A DNA stretch of 64,000 bases from Pseudomonadota bacterium (GTDB lineage: Bacteria; Bdellovibrionota; Bdellovibrionia; Bdellovibrionales; Bdellovibrionaceae): assembly GCA_041178425.1 (NCBI GenBank), contig JBEGVH010000009.1:1-64000 (forward strand). The letters run 5' to 3'. Under the pieces are notes generated by a model. The model was given only the letters and a program-made list of their open reading frames with translations, did not search any database and was not told where the DNA came from. Positions 49,845 through 58,794 of this stretch are shown here, piece by piece (the first letter of the stretch is position 1; each line of letters begins with the position of its first letter). The translations under genes were made by a program, and so were the position numbers.

Positions 49845-50294
49845 TCACTCGCGGGGTGTCTCTTTTTCTTTGAGTGCTTTTTCAATTTTAGACGCTAAAT
49901 CTTCAAAGTAATCTCCCTTTCGCACCGAAAAAGACACCTGTTTGTCTGGCTCAATTTTAAGCTCATCCAAAATTTTCATCAACCGATAAATCGGACCCGC
50001 TATTTTGTTCGAAAAATAGATACCAAAAAGATAAAATATCACTCCCGCGATAGAGAAAGCCACCGACACCGAAACAATATACTTATTCCCTACCGATTCA
50101 ATAAAGCTATAGTAAACATGATCCGAGGGCAATTGAGCCTGCTCTCCCAAAGCTCTGAGTTCATTAAAATAATACATCGTATGCACAACAAAGACAGCAA
50201 TGAGCATAGCAAAGAGCGCCGTTAATCGGTTAATAAAATGGATTTGAAATTCTGGCAAAATGAGCCAACGCTTACGCAGGTTTACATTTTTCAT
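49845..50294 (-). CDS. Two-TM hypothetical protein with HAMP-like tail
   Basis: RKRWLIxPEFQ, two TM helices, SNKIAGPIYRL...RKGDYF. Confidence 0.7.
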   Translation of the reverse strand: MKNVNLRKRWLILPEFQIHFINRLTALFAMLIAVFVVHTMYYFNELRALGEQAQLPSDHVYYSFIESVGNKYIVSVSVAFSIAGVIFYLFGIYFSNKIAGPIYRLMKILDELKIEPDKQVSFSVRKGDYFEDLASKIEKALKEKETPRE

Positions 50295-51028
50295 TGAGGC
50301 CTCACGATCTCTCTAAATTCTTCAAACATCTTTTCTCGATACTGGGGATTGCGTTCACCATAAAAATCAATCATCGAAACTATCTCTGCCGAATCCATTC
50401 GTTGGCTAATGAATCGAACACACTCAATGTATTTTTGTTCATCATCGAGTCCGCCATGAGTCGCTAGCTTCATAAACGCGAAAGGAACAAGCATTTTTGC
50501 CTCGGCGCTTTGATCACGAGAAATCTTTAAATACAAATCTCTTTCTGCTGGATGAGCTTCTTTGAGGGGCGGCATTCTTTCTAGAATATAATGGATTTTC
50601 TCATACTTGAGAGGATCGCGACGACTATCTAGGAGAAAATAGGCGAGAGAATCAAAAATTTTTTCCGATTCTTTATCCATAACATCAAAATTTTTATCTA
50701 CCCACGAGCGAAATTCAAGCATATCGGCTTCGGAGGAAAGTTGAGCACTCAACTGATCAATGGCAACGAGCTCTTTGTCCTCTTGATGTGCTGACGACTT
50801 TGTATGAATAGCCTCAATTTTTTTTAAGGCAATTGCCATTTCTTTTGTTTTAAGAGATTCGATGATTCTATCGTTGGCCAAATCGATCCTTAGGGAGTTT
50901 GGTGGTTCAACGGCGACGATTTCAGGCTTACCCCTGACTTTTTTTTGACCCCAGAGGGATACGCGCAACAATCCGTAAAAACCAAAGCAGCAAATAAGAA
51001 TAACAATGAGAGCCTTCGGAATCGTCAC
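50291..51028 (-). CDS. Membrane-anchored helical hypothetical protein
   Basis: N-terminal TM; 4-nt overlap with the next gene. Confidence 0.6.
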   Translation of the reverse strand: MTIPKALIVILICCFGFYGLLRVSLWGQKKVRGKPEIVAVEPPNSLRIDLANDRIIESLKTKEMAIALKKIEAIHTKSSAHQEDKELVAIDQLSAQLSSEADMLEFRSWVDKNFDVMDKESEKIFDSLAYFLLDSRRDPLKYEKIHYILERMPPLKEAHPAERDLYLKISRDQSAEAKMLVPFAFMKLATHGGLDDEQKYIECVRFISQRMDSAEIVSMIDFYGERNPQYREKMFEEFREIVRPQ

Positions 51029-51132
51029 TCCCTCATCTTACACACTCACAGCACAAAAGAGGCCTCTGCTCTCTGCTTTTTCGACCTAGGTCCAGGTTGA
51101 TTCTCCCCACCAAACACGTTAAGGTCCGGCCC

Positions 51133-51981
51133 ATGCATAGAAAAAGACCGCCATCCAAACCCCAAGGCCTCATATACAAACCCAATTACGTGACTCGCGC
51201 ACACAAGCAAGAGTTACTAAAGTGGTTTTCTGAGTTGCATCCGATTTGGGAGAATCGCTATTCCGAAAGTAACCCTCCACCAGAGGGTACTGAGCAACGA
51301 CGCCTGCTCCGCCCAGTCTACTGGCTCGGAAACTGGCAATTCGCCTGCTTGAACTATTTTCATCCACCTAAAAATATTTATAATTGCTGTGTAGAGGCCG
51401 AGCCATTTCCTCCCGTACTACAGAGACTAGCAAATCAAATCGAAGAGGAAGTTCATTCTTTTTATCCCGATCGCGACATTCCCACCGGCTGGCACTTTAA
51501 CACGTGTTTAATTAATTTTTACGGACAATCCATCGATGCCAACAACAAAACCACCGACACCGCTCGTGTTGGTGAGCATAAGGATTTTGAACCCGGCCCA
51601 GTCGGCTCAGTGTCCTTTGGCGAACGTGCCCTTTTTCAATTTGTCGATTCAAATAATCGAGGCGCTCAGAGTGAAGTCGTTTTACAACAATGGCTCGATG
51701 ATTCTAGTTTACAAGTTTTTGGTGGTGATCGATTTAAGCGAAAGCTCTTTCACCGCGTACAACGGGTCGACCATAAAACGGGAGTTTTTCTAGAACCAAA
51801 AATAGATGGCTTCCAAACCCGTCGCATCAATCTCACATTTCGCTATGTTCCAAACGAGTTTATCGTTCCATACGAGAAGCTTCCCGAAAATTTACAGAGA
51901 GACATTCTCCCCTACGTAAAGGAACTCAGTCTACACGCCTCTTTTTTTAAGGAAGTTTTAGAACAGTATCAAGGTCAGTAG
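51133..51981 (+). CDS. AlkB-family 2OG-Fe(II) dioxygenase
   Basis: FNTCLINFY, GEHKD (HxD), SVSFG, FHRV, RINLTFR. Confidence 0.88.
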   Translation: MHRKRPPSKPQGLIYKPNYVTRAHKQELLKWFSELHPIWENRYSESNPPPEGTEQRRLLRPVYWLGNWQFACLNYFHPPKNIYNCCVEAEPFPPVLQRLANQIEEEVHSFYPDRDIPTGWHFNTCLINFYGQSIDANNKTTDTARVGEHKDFEPGPVGSVSFGERALFQFVDSNNRGAQSEVVLQQWLDDSSLQVFGGDRFKRKLFHRVQRVDHKTGVFLEPKIDGFQTRRINLTFRYVPNEFIVPYEKLPENLQRDILPYVKELSLHASFFKEVLEQYQGQ

Positions 51982-52010
51982 TTGACAGATGCTCAAGAGA
52001 AACATGGAAT
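51982..52010 (+). promoter_or_regulatory. Possible sigma70 promoter
   Basis: TTGACA-17-TGGAAT upstream of GAGGAG and ATG 52045. Confidence 0.45.
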
Positions 52011-52044
52011 AGTCCCTGTGAACAAACCACAAGAGGAGATTTTC

Positions 52045-52605
52045 ATGAAACTAATCATTGCTAGTTTATTTATTGCACTCTCTGCCAATGCTGCAGAATC
52101 AACAATCACGTCCGCTCCATCAACACCAAAGCAAGCATGTGAACTGCTTGCTAAGGCCGCGACTGAAGATAACTTTAAGGCTTTTACTGATCTCACGGCT
52201 ATGCACACTTGCCCCATGCACCATAGCAAAAAAGATTGCACCGATGCGAACTGCCCTATGCACCACGATAAAAAAGATTGCACCGACAAAAACTGCCCTA
52301 TGCATAAAAAAGGCAAAGACTATAAGCACGCCGGCACATGCCCTCACCATGGCCATGGAAAAGGATCTGAAGAAGGTTTCCATAAAATGCATGAGAAAGA
52401 GATCGAGCGTTTAAAAGACCTCACTTGTAAAGAAGAAAAGATCGTTGGTGATCACGCATGGGTTGAGGCAGTCAGCAAAAACGAAAGCCGTCTAGTGCCT
52501 TTCAAAATGCAAGATGGTTCTTGGAAATTTGACATGCACACGTACCATTCTTTTTATCCTCACGCAAAAATGACCGAGACTGAAAAAACAGACAAAAAGA
52601 AATAG
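52045..52605 (+). CDS. Exported protein with His/Cys-rich CPMH tandem repeats
   Basis: Signal peptide; CPMH x3 at a 42-bp period (52210, 52252, 52294). Confidence 0.8.
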   Translation: MKLIIASLFIALSANAAESTITSAPSTPKQACELLAKAATEDNFKAFTDLTAMHTCPMHHSKKDCTDANCPMHHDKKDCTDKNCPMHKKGKDYKHAGTCPHHGHGKGSEEGFHKMHEKEIERLKDLTCKEEKIVGDHAWVEAVSKNESRLVPFKMQDGSWKFDMHTYHSFYPHAKMTETEKTDKKK

Positions 52606-52614
52606 TTCTAATAT

Positions 52615-52654
52615 AAAAAGCCCCTCTCAAGTTCTGAGAGGGGCTTTTTTTTTT
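52615..52654. terminator. Bidirectional intrinsic terminator
   Basis: AAAAAGCCCCTCTCA-agttc-TGAGAGGGGCTTTTT. Confidence 0.9.
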
Positions 52655-54692
52655 ACCAAATCACTACCCGTTCTTTTTCAGGAAGAAACATTTTATCTCC
52701 CTTTTTACATTGAAACGCTTCAACGAAGCCCGGCTGATGCTTGATAGGCTCATTGATTCGAGCCCATCCGGCCGAATGAGGATCCGTTTTTAATAATTTT
52801 TCCGCCATCTGTGGACGAATCACCCCACACCATAGGCGAGCATAGCTCACAAAAAATTTCTGCTTATCTTCCTTAGTCCCAACTCCATTGGGAAAGGCCG
52901 CCTGGTAGGCAAATGTTACACCAACAAGATCGGCCACGTTTTCGCCTAAAGTGAGTTTTCCGTTGTGTCCGATCTTAGCATATTGATCTACCAACTTCGT
53001 CGAGCGGCCCGAGAACTCACCGAGATCTTTCATCGTCATCCACTGTCGCAAGCGCCCCTTTTGATCATAGCGGGAGCCCATATCATCTATTCCATGGCCA
53101 AGCTCGTGACCGACAACTGCACCAACCGATCCAAGGTTTTCAATCTCACTTCCCTCGGCATCAAAAAAGGGAAACTGCAATATTCCCAAGGGCATCACAA
53201 ATTTATTCGCCGAAGGATCATAATAAGCATTGATCGTGAGAGGCCCCATATACCACTTGTCGCTATTCACCGGCTCGGCAATCGCCTTAATCATTTTTTT
53301 GTATTCAGCGGCGCCCAGCAACTCACCATTCTTAATGCGATTGTTCGCGCTGTATTTCACCACGGGATGAAAATCCCACTCTCTTTCGTTGAGGGGTTTT
53401 ACTAATTGCAGACGAGCTACCGACATTTTTTCTTTGGCTTCTTTTTTAGCTTCTATGCTCAACCATTTATTGCCTTCAACTCCGGCAACAATCGCTTGAC
53501 GGATTTTTTCTACCACCGTGCGGAATTTATCCTCGGGAAACTTAGGAAAAAGTCGCGGCATAAGAATTTCATCTAATTCTTTAGCAAAAGTTCCCATGAT
53601 CTCCATGGTACAGCGTTCTTCACGGACTGGTCGTTTTTCGGGCCCACCGAAAAACTTCCGGCGAAACTCAAACCCTTTTTGAAAAAAATCGGGGTACGCA
53701 TCATCCATAACCGAAGACCCCTCGGTGTAAAAAAAGTAATCTTTCAGTGAGGCTAATTTCTCTTCAACAAGATTTTCTTGATAAAACTTCATTGCTTCAG
53801 GAATCAAAAGACGAACTTTAGTTGTCGATGGCACTTGCTTAAATAGTGGCGCAAAGCCAACAGCAGGATAGTTTTTTAAAAAATCATCTTGAGTGACTTC
53901 TCGCTGTTCACTCCAACGCTGTCGTCGTACTTCGGGCTTGGGGTAAACCTTGATAAACTCTTTCTCAAGCGCAATAATGGCATCGGCCTTCTTCTCAGCT
54001 TCACTCGTTTCAGTTTTAACGTTCACAGTTTTGAAAAAATCAACAATGTGTTCGCGATAAGCTTTCATAAGTTCTGCATTTTCATAGTAACTATGATCCG
54101 GCAGATTCATGAATTTGATCCCTACATAAAGGTCATAAATAGTAGGGTCACCAGCGTTTTCAGCCTCGCCCACCTCGATAAGACTATCAATACCTTTCGC
54201 AAGATTACCAACCTGTGCATCCCTAAATTGGTCTACCGTTTTTAGAGATTTAATTTGTTTCGTTAACTCTCCGATTTTAGATTTCTCTGCTTTAGCCCCA
54301 CCTTTATCGTCCATGCAGGCCAAATAGTTATTTTTAAGCCCCTGGCCCCTAGCGGATAGCTTTTTTTCCTGCTTAATCTCTCTTAGAAACTTTCTTTTAT
54401 CGAGCAACAGACGCTCGGCCGAATCATTGAAGGCAAACGTGTGCTTACTTCGATCATCGCGCAGCTTAAAAGAACTCTCAACTTTCGAACAAACATAGTC
54501 ATGGAAATTTTCACAAGGATTCACACTGTCACTCAGTGGAAATTCTCTGCGTGTTGGAATATCACTCGACGATGGAGCTGATTGAACTGCCCCCTCTGTT
54601 CGTTTCTGTTCTACTGTTGATGATGGTGCAGAGCTCTGTGCGATTGCGATCATCGAAACTGAGGCTAAACCTATAATTGCTGTCCACTTCAT
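52653..54692 (-). CDS. M13 family (neprilysin/PepO-like) metallopeptidase, exported
   Basis: NPCENFHDYVC, NAYY, GHELGHGID (HExxH), GENVAD, DPHS. Confidence 0.92.
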   Translation of the reverse strand: MKWTAIIGLASVSMIAIAQSSAPSSTVEQKRTEGAVQSAPSSSDIPTRREFPLSDSVNPCENFHDYVCSKVESSFKLRDDRSKHTFAFNDSAERLLLDKRKFLREIKQEKKLSARGQGLKNNYLACMDDKGGAKAEKSKIGELTKQIKSLKTVDQFRDAQVGNLAKGIDSLIEVGEAENAGDPTIYDLYVGIKFMNLPDHSYYENAELMKAYREHIVDFFKTVNVKTETSEAEKKADAIIALEKEFIKVYPKPEVRRQRWSEQREVTQDDFLKNYPAVGFAPLFKQVPSTTKVRLLIPEAMKFYQENLVEEKLASLKDYFFYTEGSSVMDDAYPDFFQKGFEFRRKFFGGPEKRPVREERCTMEIMGTFAKELDEILMPRLFPKFPEDKFRTVVEKIRQAIVAGVEGNKWLSIEAKKEAKEKMSVARLQLVKPLNEREWDFHPVVKYSANNRIKNGELLGAAEYKKMIKAIAEPVNSDKWYMGPLTINAYYDPSANKFVMPLGILQFPFFDAEGSEIENLGSVGAVVGHELGHGIDDMGSRYDQKGRLRQWMTMKDLGEFSGRSTKLVDQYAKIGHNGKLTLGENVADLVGVTFAYQAAFPNGVGTKEDKQKFFVSYARLWCGVIRPQMAEKLLKTDPHSAGWARINEPIKHQPGFVEAFQCKKGDKMFLPEKERVVIW

Positions 54693-54722
54693 TAATACCC
54701 CCTATTCGCAAGGTAGGTTATT

Positions 54723-56087
54723 TTAGAAGGGCATTCTTGTCATCAGGAACTTCATGTCATCATTCGTAAATGACAAACCTGCACCAATATAGTTCGAGTA
54801 TCCATTGTTTTTATTGAGAGCATCAAAGATACCCCCTGTCACATAGACCCCTTTGGCCACATGGTATGTTAAAGAGGTTCTCAGATTCATCTGAGTGAAT
54901 TGAAAGGCTTCGGTCGTAAACTGCAAACGATTTCGGAAAAATCGATAATCAAGTCCGACGCCCCCTGAGTTTTCGATAATCCCACCACGAACTGTAAAAT
55001 CATAAAAGTTTTTGGCAAAGAGAAGCGTCAACTTCATACGATCATAATTGGTTCGCCGTTCGTCAACCGTTAGATCACTTCCAGGATTCGAGGTGGATTG
55101 TGTTTTGGTACGAGAAACAACGCCAGTTGGATCATCAATGACCTGAATAAAATAGTAACGATCAAGCCCAGGTTGAACTTTTAAGCCAATATACGATTTC
55201 CACATTTGCTGACCAGCCAAATATTCGCTGCGAAAATCAACGGAGGTCTGAAGTTTACCCGCCACATCGAGCATATTGTTAATGCCCTCAACGGCTGAGT
55301 TGATTTCTTCGATTGTCTTATCGTCATTGATCAGTTTACCTAAAGTTCCCTGACCACTATTGATTTTATTTGTCACATCTTCGATATTTCTAAGAGCAAG
55401 ATCGAGTCGCGCCCAAGTTCTCTTTACGCCAGAATCGGCATTATTTAGTGTAGAATCTAAGGTTCTTGTGATCGAGTGCACTTCGGCAAGAATATCTGTA
55501 ACACGATTACGATTCTCATGGGTAATATTAGCTAGATCACCCGTAATTTTATCGATATTCTGAACGATACGACCTAATACGTGTTTATCGCTCCCCTCAT
55601 CCTGCACCGCCTCTTTAAGAGTAACAGCGACCATTTTGAGCGAAGTACCAATATCGGAAATCTGGCTCAACAAGCCATCCATCGATGCTTTGTCGTTAAC
55701 ATTAAGAATCTGCTCTCCGCTCGGCAACGCCGGATCTTCTGGAGACCCTGGTGAAATTTCGACGTACTTATCACCAAGAATGCCGTTAGCCTTAATTTCA
55801 ACGCGGGCCGATTGACGCAAATCAACTTCGTCGCGAACAATAATATCAATGCGTGCAATTCCTTGCGACAGTCGGATGTCTTTAATCACACCAATAGGGA
55901 TACCCGCCATCTTAATGGCGCTTTTTTTCACAAGCCCACTGGCATTAGGAGACAAAAACCAATATTTTTTCGCACCGCCAACGGTTGGATCTTCGCTCAC
56001 GCGCATCGACATCACCGCAATGAGTGCGGCAACGATAAGCACAAGCAGACCAACTTTAAATTCTGGCATCTGCGAGAGAGGTTTCAT
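54723..56087 (-). CDS. mlaD: MCE/MlaD protein with long helical region and beta-rich C-terminus
   Basis: EFKVG TM segment, ASGL..AGIPIG, GILGDKYVEISPG. Confidence 0.85.
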   Translation of the reverse strand: MKPLSQMPEFKVGLLVLIVAALIAVMSMRVSEDPTVGGAKKYWFLSPNASGLVKKSAIKMAGIPIGVIKDIRLSQGIARIDIIVRDEVDLRQSARVEIKANGILGDKYVEISPGSPEDPALPSGEQILNVNDKASMDGLLSQISDIGTSLKMVAVTLKEAVQDEGSDKHVLGRIVQNIDKITGDLANITHENRNRVTDILAEVHSITRTLDSTLNNADSGVKRTWARLDLALRNIEDVTNKINSGQGTLGKLINDDKTIEEINSAVEGINNMLDVAGKLQTSVDFRSEYLAGQQMWKSYIGLKVQPGLDRYYFIQVIDDPTGVVSRTKTQSTSNPGSDLTVDERRTNYDRMKLTLLFAKNFYDFTVRGGIIENSGGVGLDYRFFRNRLQFTTEAFQFTQMNLRTSLTYHVAKGVYVTGGIFDALNKNNGYSNYIGAGLSFTNDDMKFLMTRMPF

Positions 56088-56860
56088 CCGTGTTTCATCC
56101 CTTTACTAACAAACTTTTTTACTAACTCTATATCGGTCTTAAGAAATTCTTCTGGAGTCCCGAATAACACACAACGTCCACTATCTAACATAGCGATATA
56201 GTCTCCAATTCTGAAGGCTGCACCCAAGTCGTGGGAAACAACCACTGACGTCATTCCTTTGCGACTTTTATGAGTGTCATAGATGAGATTATCCACCATC
56301 TCAGTCAAAATTGGATCAAGACCTGTCGTTGGTTCGTCATAAAACATTATTTCTGGATCGAGGGCCAGCGCACGGGCCAGTCCGGTTCGCTTCTGCATAC
56401 CACCACTGATTTGGTTAGGAAGCTTGTGAAAGTGTTTGGGATCAAGACCCACAAGATGCAATTTTTGTTTAGCGACTGAAATGATGGTGTCTTCACCATA
56501 CTCTCGCCGATGCTCCCAGAGCGGAAAACAAACATTTTCAAGAACCGTCATATCGTCAAAAAGAGCAGCGCCTTGAAATAAAACTCCAAAACGGCAACGG
56601 ATTCGAACGAGATCATCAACACTCATGCGGGTGATCTCTTCACCAAGAATTTTTAAAGACCCACTCGTGGGCCGATGCAAGCCGAGCATATGTTTAACGA
56701 GGACACTTTTACCCGTTCCCGAGTAGCCGATGATGACCGTCAGACTCCCCTTGGGAATATTGAGATTCATTCCGTTAACAACGAATTCTTTTCCATCGAA
56801 GGTTTTCTTCAGGTCAGTAATTTCGATGGCGTTTTCGTTCATTAAACTTTCAGGACTCAT
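56084..56860 (-). CDS. mlaF: Mla ABC transporter ATP-binding subunit
   Basis: GYSGTGKS, FQGAALFD, ISGGMQKR, YDEPTTGLDP. Confidence 0.9.
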   Translation of the reverse strand: MSPESLMNENAIEITDLKKTFDGKEFVVNGMNLNIPKGSLTVIIGYSGTGKSVLVKHMLGLHRPTSGSLKILGEEITRMSVDDLVRIRCRFGVLFQGAALFDDMTVLENVCFPLWEHRREYGEDTIISVAKQKLHLVGLDPKHFHKLPNQISGGMQKRTGLARALALDPEIMFYDEPTTGLDPILTEMVDNLIYDTHKSRKGMTSVVVSHDLGAAFRIGDYIAMLDSGRCVLFGTPEEFLKTDIELVKKFVSKGMKHG

Positions 56861-57681
56861 GTTTGTATCCCCGAGAGTCCGTAGTAAATACGAATTACGT
56901 TCGTTAAAAAATAATCCAAAATAATAATCATCACCATACTCTGAACAACACCCTGATTGGTTGCTTCACCAACTCCCTTGGCACCACCTGAAGTAAAAAA
57001 ACCTCGGTAACTACAAATGACGGCAAAAACCAAACCAAACACCGTTGATTTAAAAAGCCCCTCATTTATATGACGGGGATCGAGCATAAAAGCAATTTTT
57101 TCCCAAAAAATGGCTTCATCAAGATCAAGCAATCCAACACAAAGGATGTAGGTTCCAACCATGGCTACAAAATCAAATACGGCTGTCAAAAGTGGCATAC
57201 AAAAAACGGCTGCGTAAATTCGAGGAGCAATGAGGTATTGTCGAGTATTGATGCCCATCACATCGAGAGCGTCGATCTGTTCACTCACACGCATGGTGCC
57301 GAGGCGGGCTGCCATGGCACCACCCGCTCTGGCGGCAACAATCAAACCAGTTAAGACAGGCCCCAGCTCACGAGTGATACCAAGTGCCACCGTTGGACCA
57401 ACCATATTCACAGCATTGAAAAGCTTAAAACCAAGATAAATTTGAAACGAGAGTGCAAGCCCCGTAAAAAGACCGGTCAAAGTGATAATAAACACTGATT
57501 GATTACCAATGAATTCCATGTGGCGCATGAGTTCGTTGACTCGATAAGGACGCTGAACAGAAACTCTCATGGTACGATAGAAAAAGATGCCGATTTGGCC
57601 AACTTCTTTTACCAATCCCATAATCGGGTTCCACAAACCCAAGGCAACGCTGTCAATCCAGTCAGCTATCCTCTGTACCAC
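56857..57681 (-). CDS. mlaE: Mla ABC transporter permease
   Basis: RELGPVLTG, LGTMRVSEQIDAL, GGAKGVGEAT. Confidence 0.92.
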   Translation of the reverse strand: MVQRIADWIDSVALGLWNPIMGLVKEVGQIGIFFYRTMRVSVQRPYRVNELMRHMEFIGNQSVFIITLTGLFTGLALSFQIYLGFKLFNAVNMVGPTVALGITRELGPVLTGLIVAARAGGAMAARLGTMRVSEQIDALDVMGINTRQYLIAPRIYAAVFCMPLLTAVFDFVAMVGTYILCVGLLDLDEAIFWEKIAFMLDPRHINEGLFKSTVFGLVFAVICSYRGFFTSGGAKGVGEATNQGVVQSMVMIIILDYFLTNVIRIYYGLSGIQT

Positions 57682-57697
57682 CGGGTACCAATCCCTT

Positions 57698-58789
57698 TCA
57701 GCTGAGCACCATCCTTGGCACTCTCGATGTCAGTGCTGTCATTAGCTCATAGGTGATCGAACCTGCTGCCCTGGCAATCTGCTCGAGGGGAATATTGTTT
57801 CCCCACAATTCAACGTCATCGCCCTGGTCAGCACCTTCGACATCTGTGACATCTATCATAAGATAATCCATACAGACAGTTCCGACCAGCGGAACAACCT
57901 TACCTCTGACGAAAACCTGACCTTTGTTCGATAGTATACGGGGATAACCATCGGCATAACCAATAGGTAAAATGGCAATTTTAGAATCTCGCTGGGCCGT
58001 CCATGTGGCGTTGTAAGAGACCGTCCCACCCTTCTTTACATCGATGAGGTGAACAATTTTTGTTTTGAGTGTCATAACTGGCTTTAGTTTTTTTGTCGCA
58101 TCAGACACGACACCCGAGTACCCATACAACGAAAGCCCAGGTCGCGATCCGTAGGTAAACGGCAAGCGACCGCTCATTTGGTTTGCAAAAAATCCATCAG
58201 AATTAAAAATGTGTTTTTCTTGAACCTCTGGAAAATGCGACTCTATTCGCAAAAATTTTTGAATTTGCGACTCACTAAACCCATTTGAACTTCCGAGGTC
58301 ATCACCCTTGAGCAAGTGGGTACCTAAGGCCTGAATCCGCAATTGCGGAAAACGCCGAAGAGTTTCTTTCAACCATGTCACATCCGCTTCAGCGAAACCG
58401 AGGCGATTCATTCCCGTATCCCACTTAACGTGAATCTCCCCGGAAAATCCTTTTTGCCCTAGATTAAGCAAAAATTGTTTATCACTCGCCATTGGAATAA
58501 TACCAAGACTTTGGGCGATTGGTACATCTGAGGTAGAAAAAGGACCAAGCACGAGAATTGGGTCCTTATAACCAATCCGTCGGAGTTCTTCAGCCTCCTC
58601 GAGGAGAGCGACCGCCACTCGCTTCGCACCCATTTTTTGCAACTCTTGGGCAAAAGCAGCGACGCCATGCCCGTAAGCATTGGCTTTAATCACCGGAGTC
58701 AAAGAAGAACTTTTTTGGATGCCGCTCAAGACGGACCAATTATTGGCGAGAGCCTTCAAATCAATTTCTGCCACTGTAGGACGAGGCAC
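57698..58789 (-). CDS. alr: Alanine racemase
   Basis: VIKANAYGHG, DTGMNRLG, GYADGY, GTVCMD. Confidence 0.95.
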   Translation of the reverse strand: MPRPTVAEIDLKALANNWSVLSGIQKSSSLTPVIKANAYGHGVAAFAQELQKMGAKRVAVALLEEAEELRRIGYKDPILVLGPFSTSDVPIAQSLGIIPMASDKQFLLNLGQKGFSGEIHVKWDTGMNRLGFAEADVTWLKETLRRFPQLRIQALGTHLLKGDDLGSSNGFSESQIQKFLRIESHFPEVQEKHIFNSDGFFANQMSGRLPFTYGSRPGLSLYGYSGVVSDATKKLKPVMTLKTKIVHLIDVKKGGTVSYNATWTAQRDSKIAILPIGYADGYPRILSNKGQVFVRGKVVPLVGTVCMDYLMIDVTDVEGADQGDDVELWGNNIPLEQIARAAGSITYELMTALTSRVPRMVLS

Positions 58790-58794
58790 TTTAC

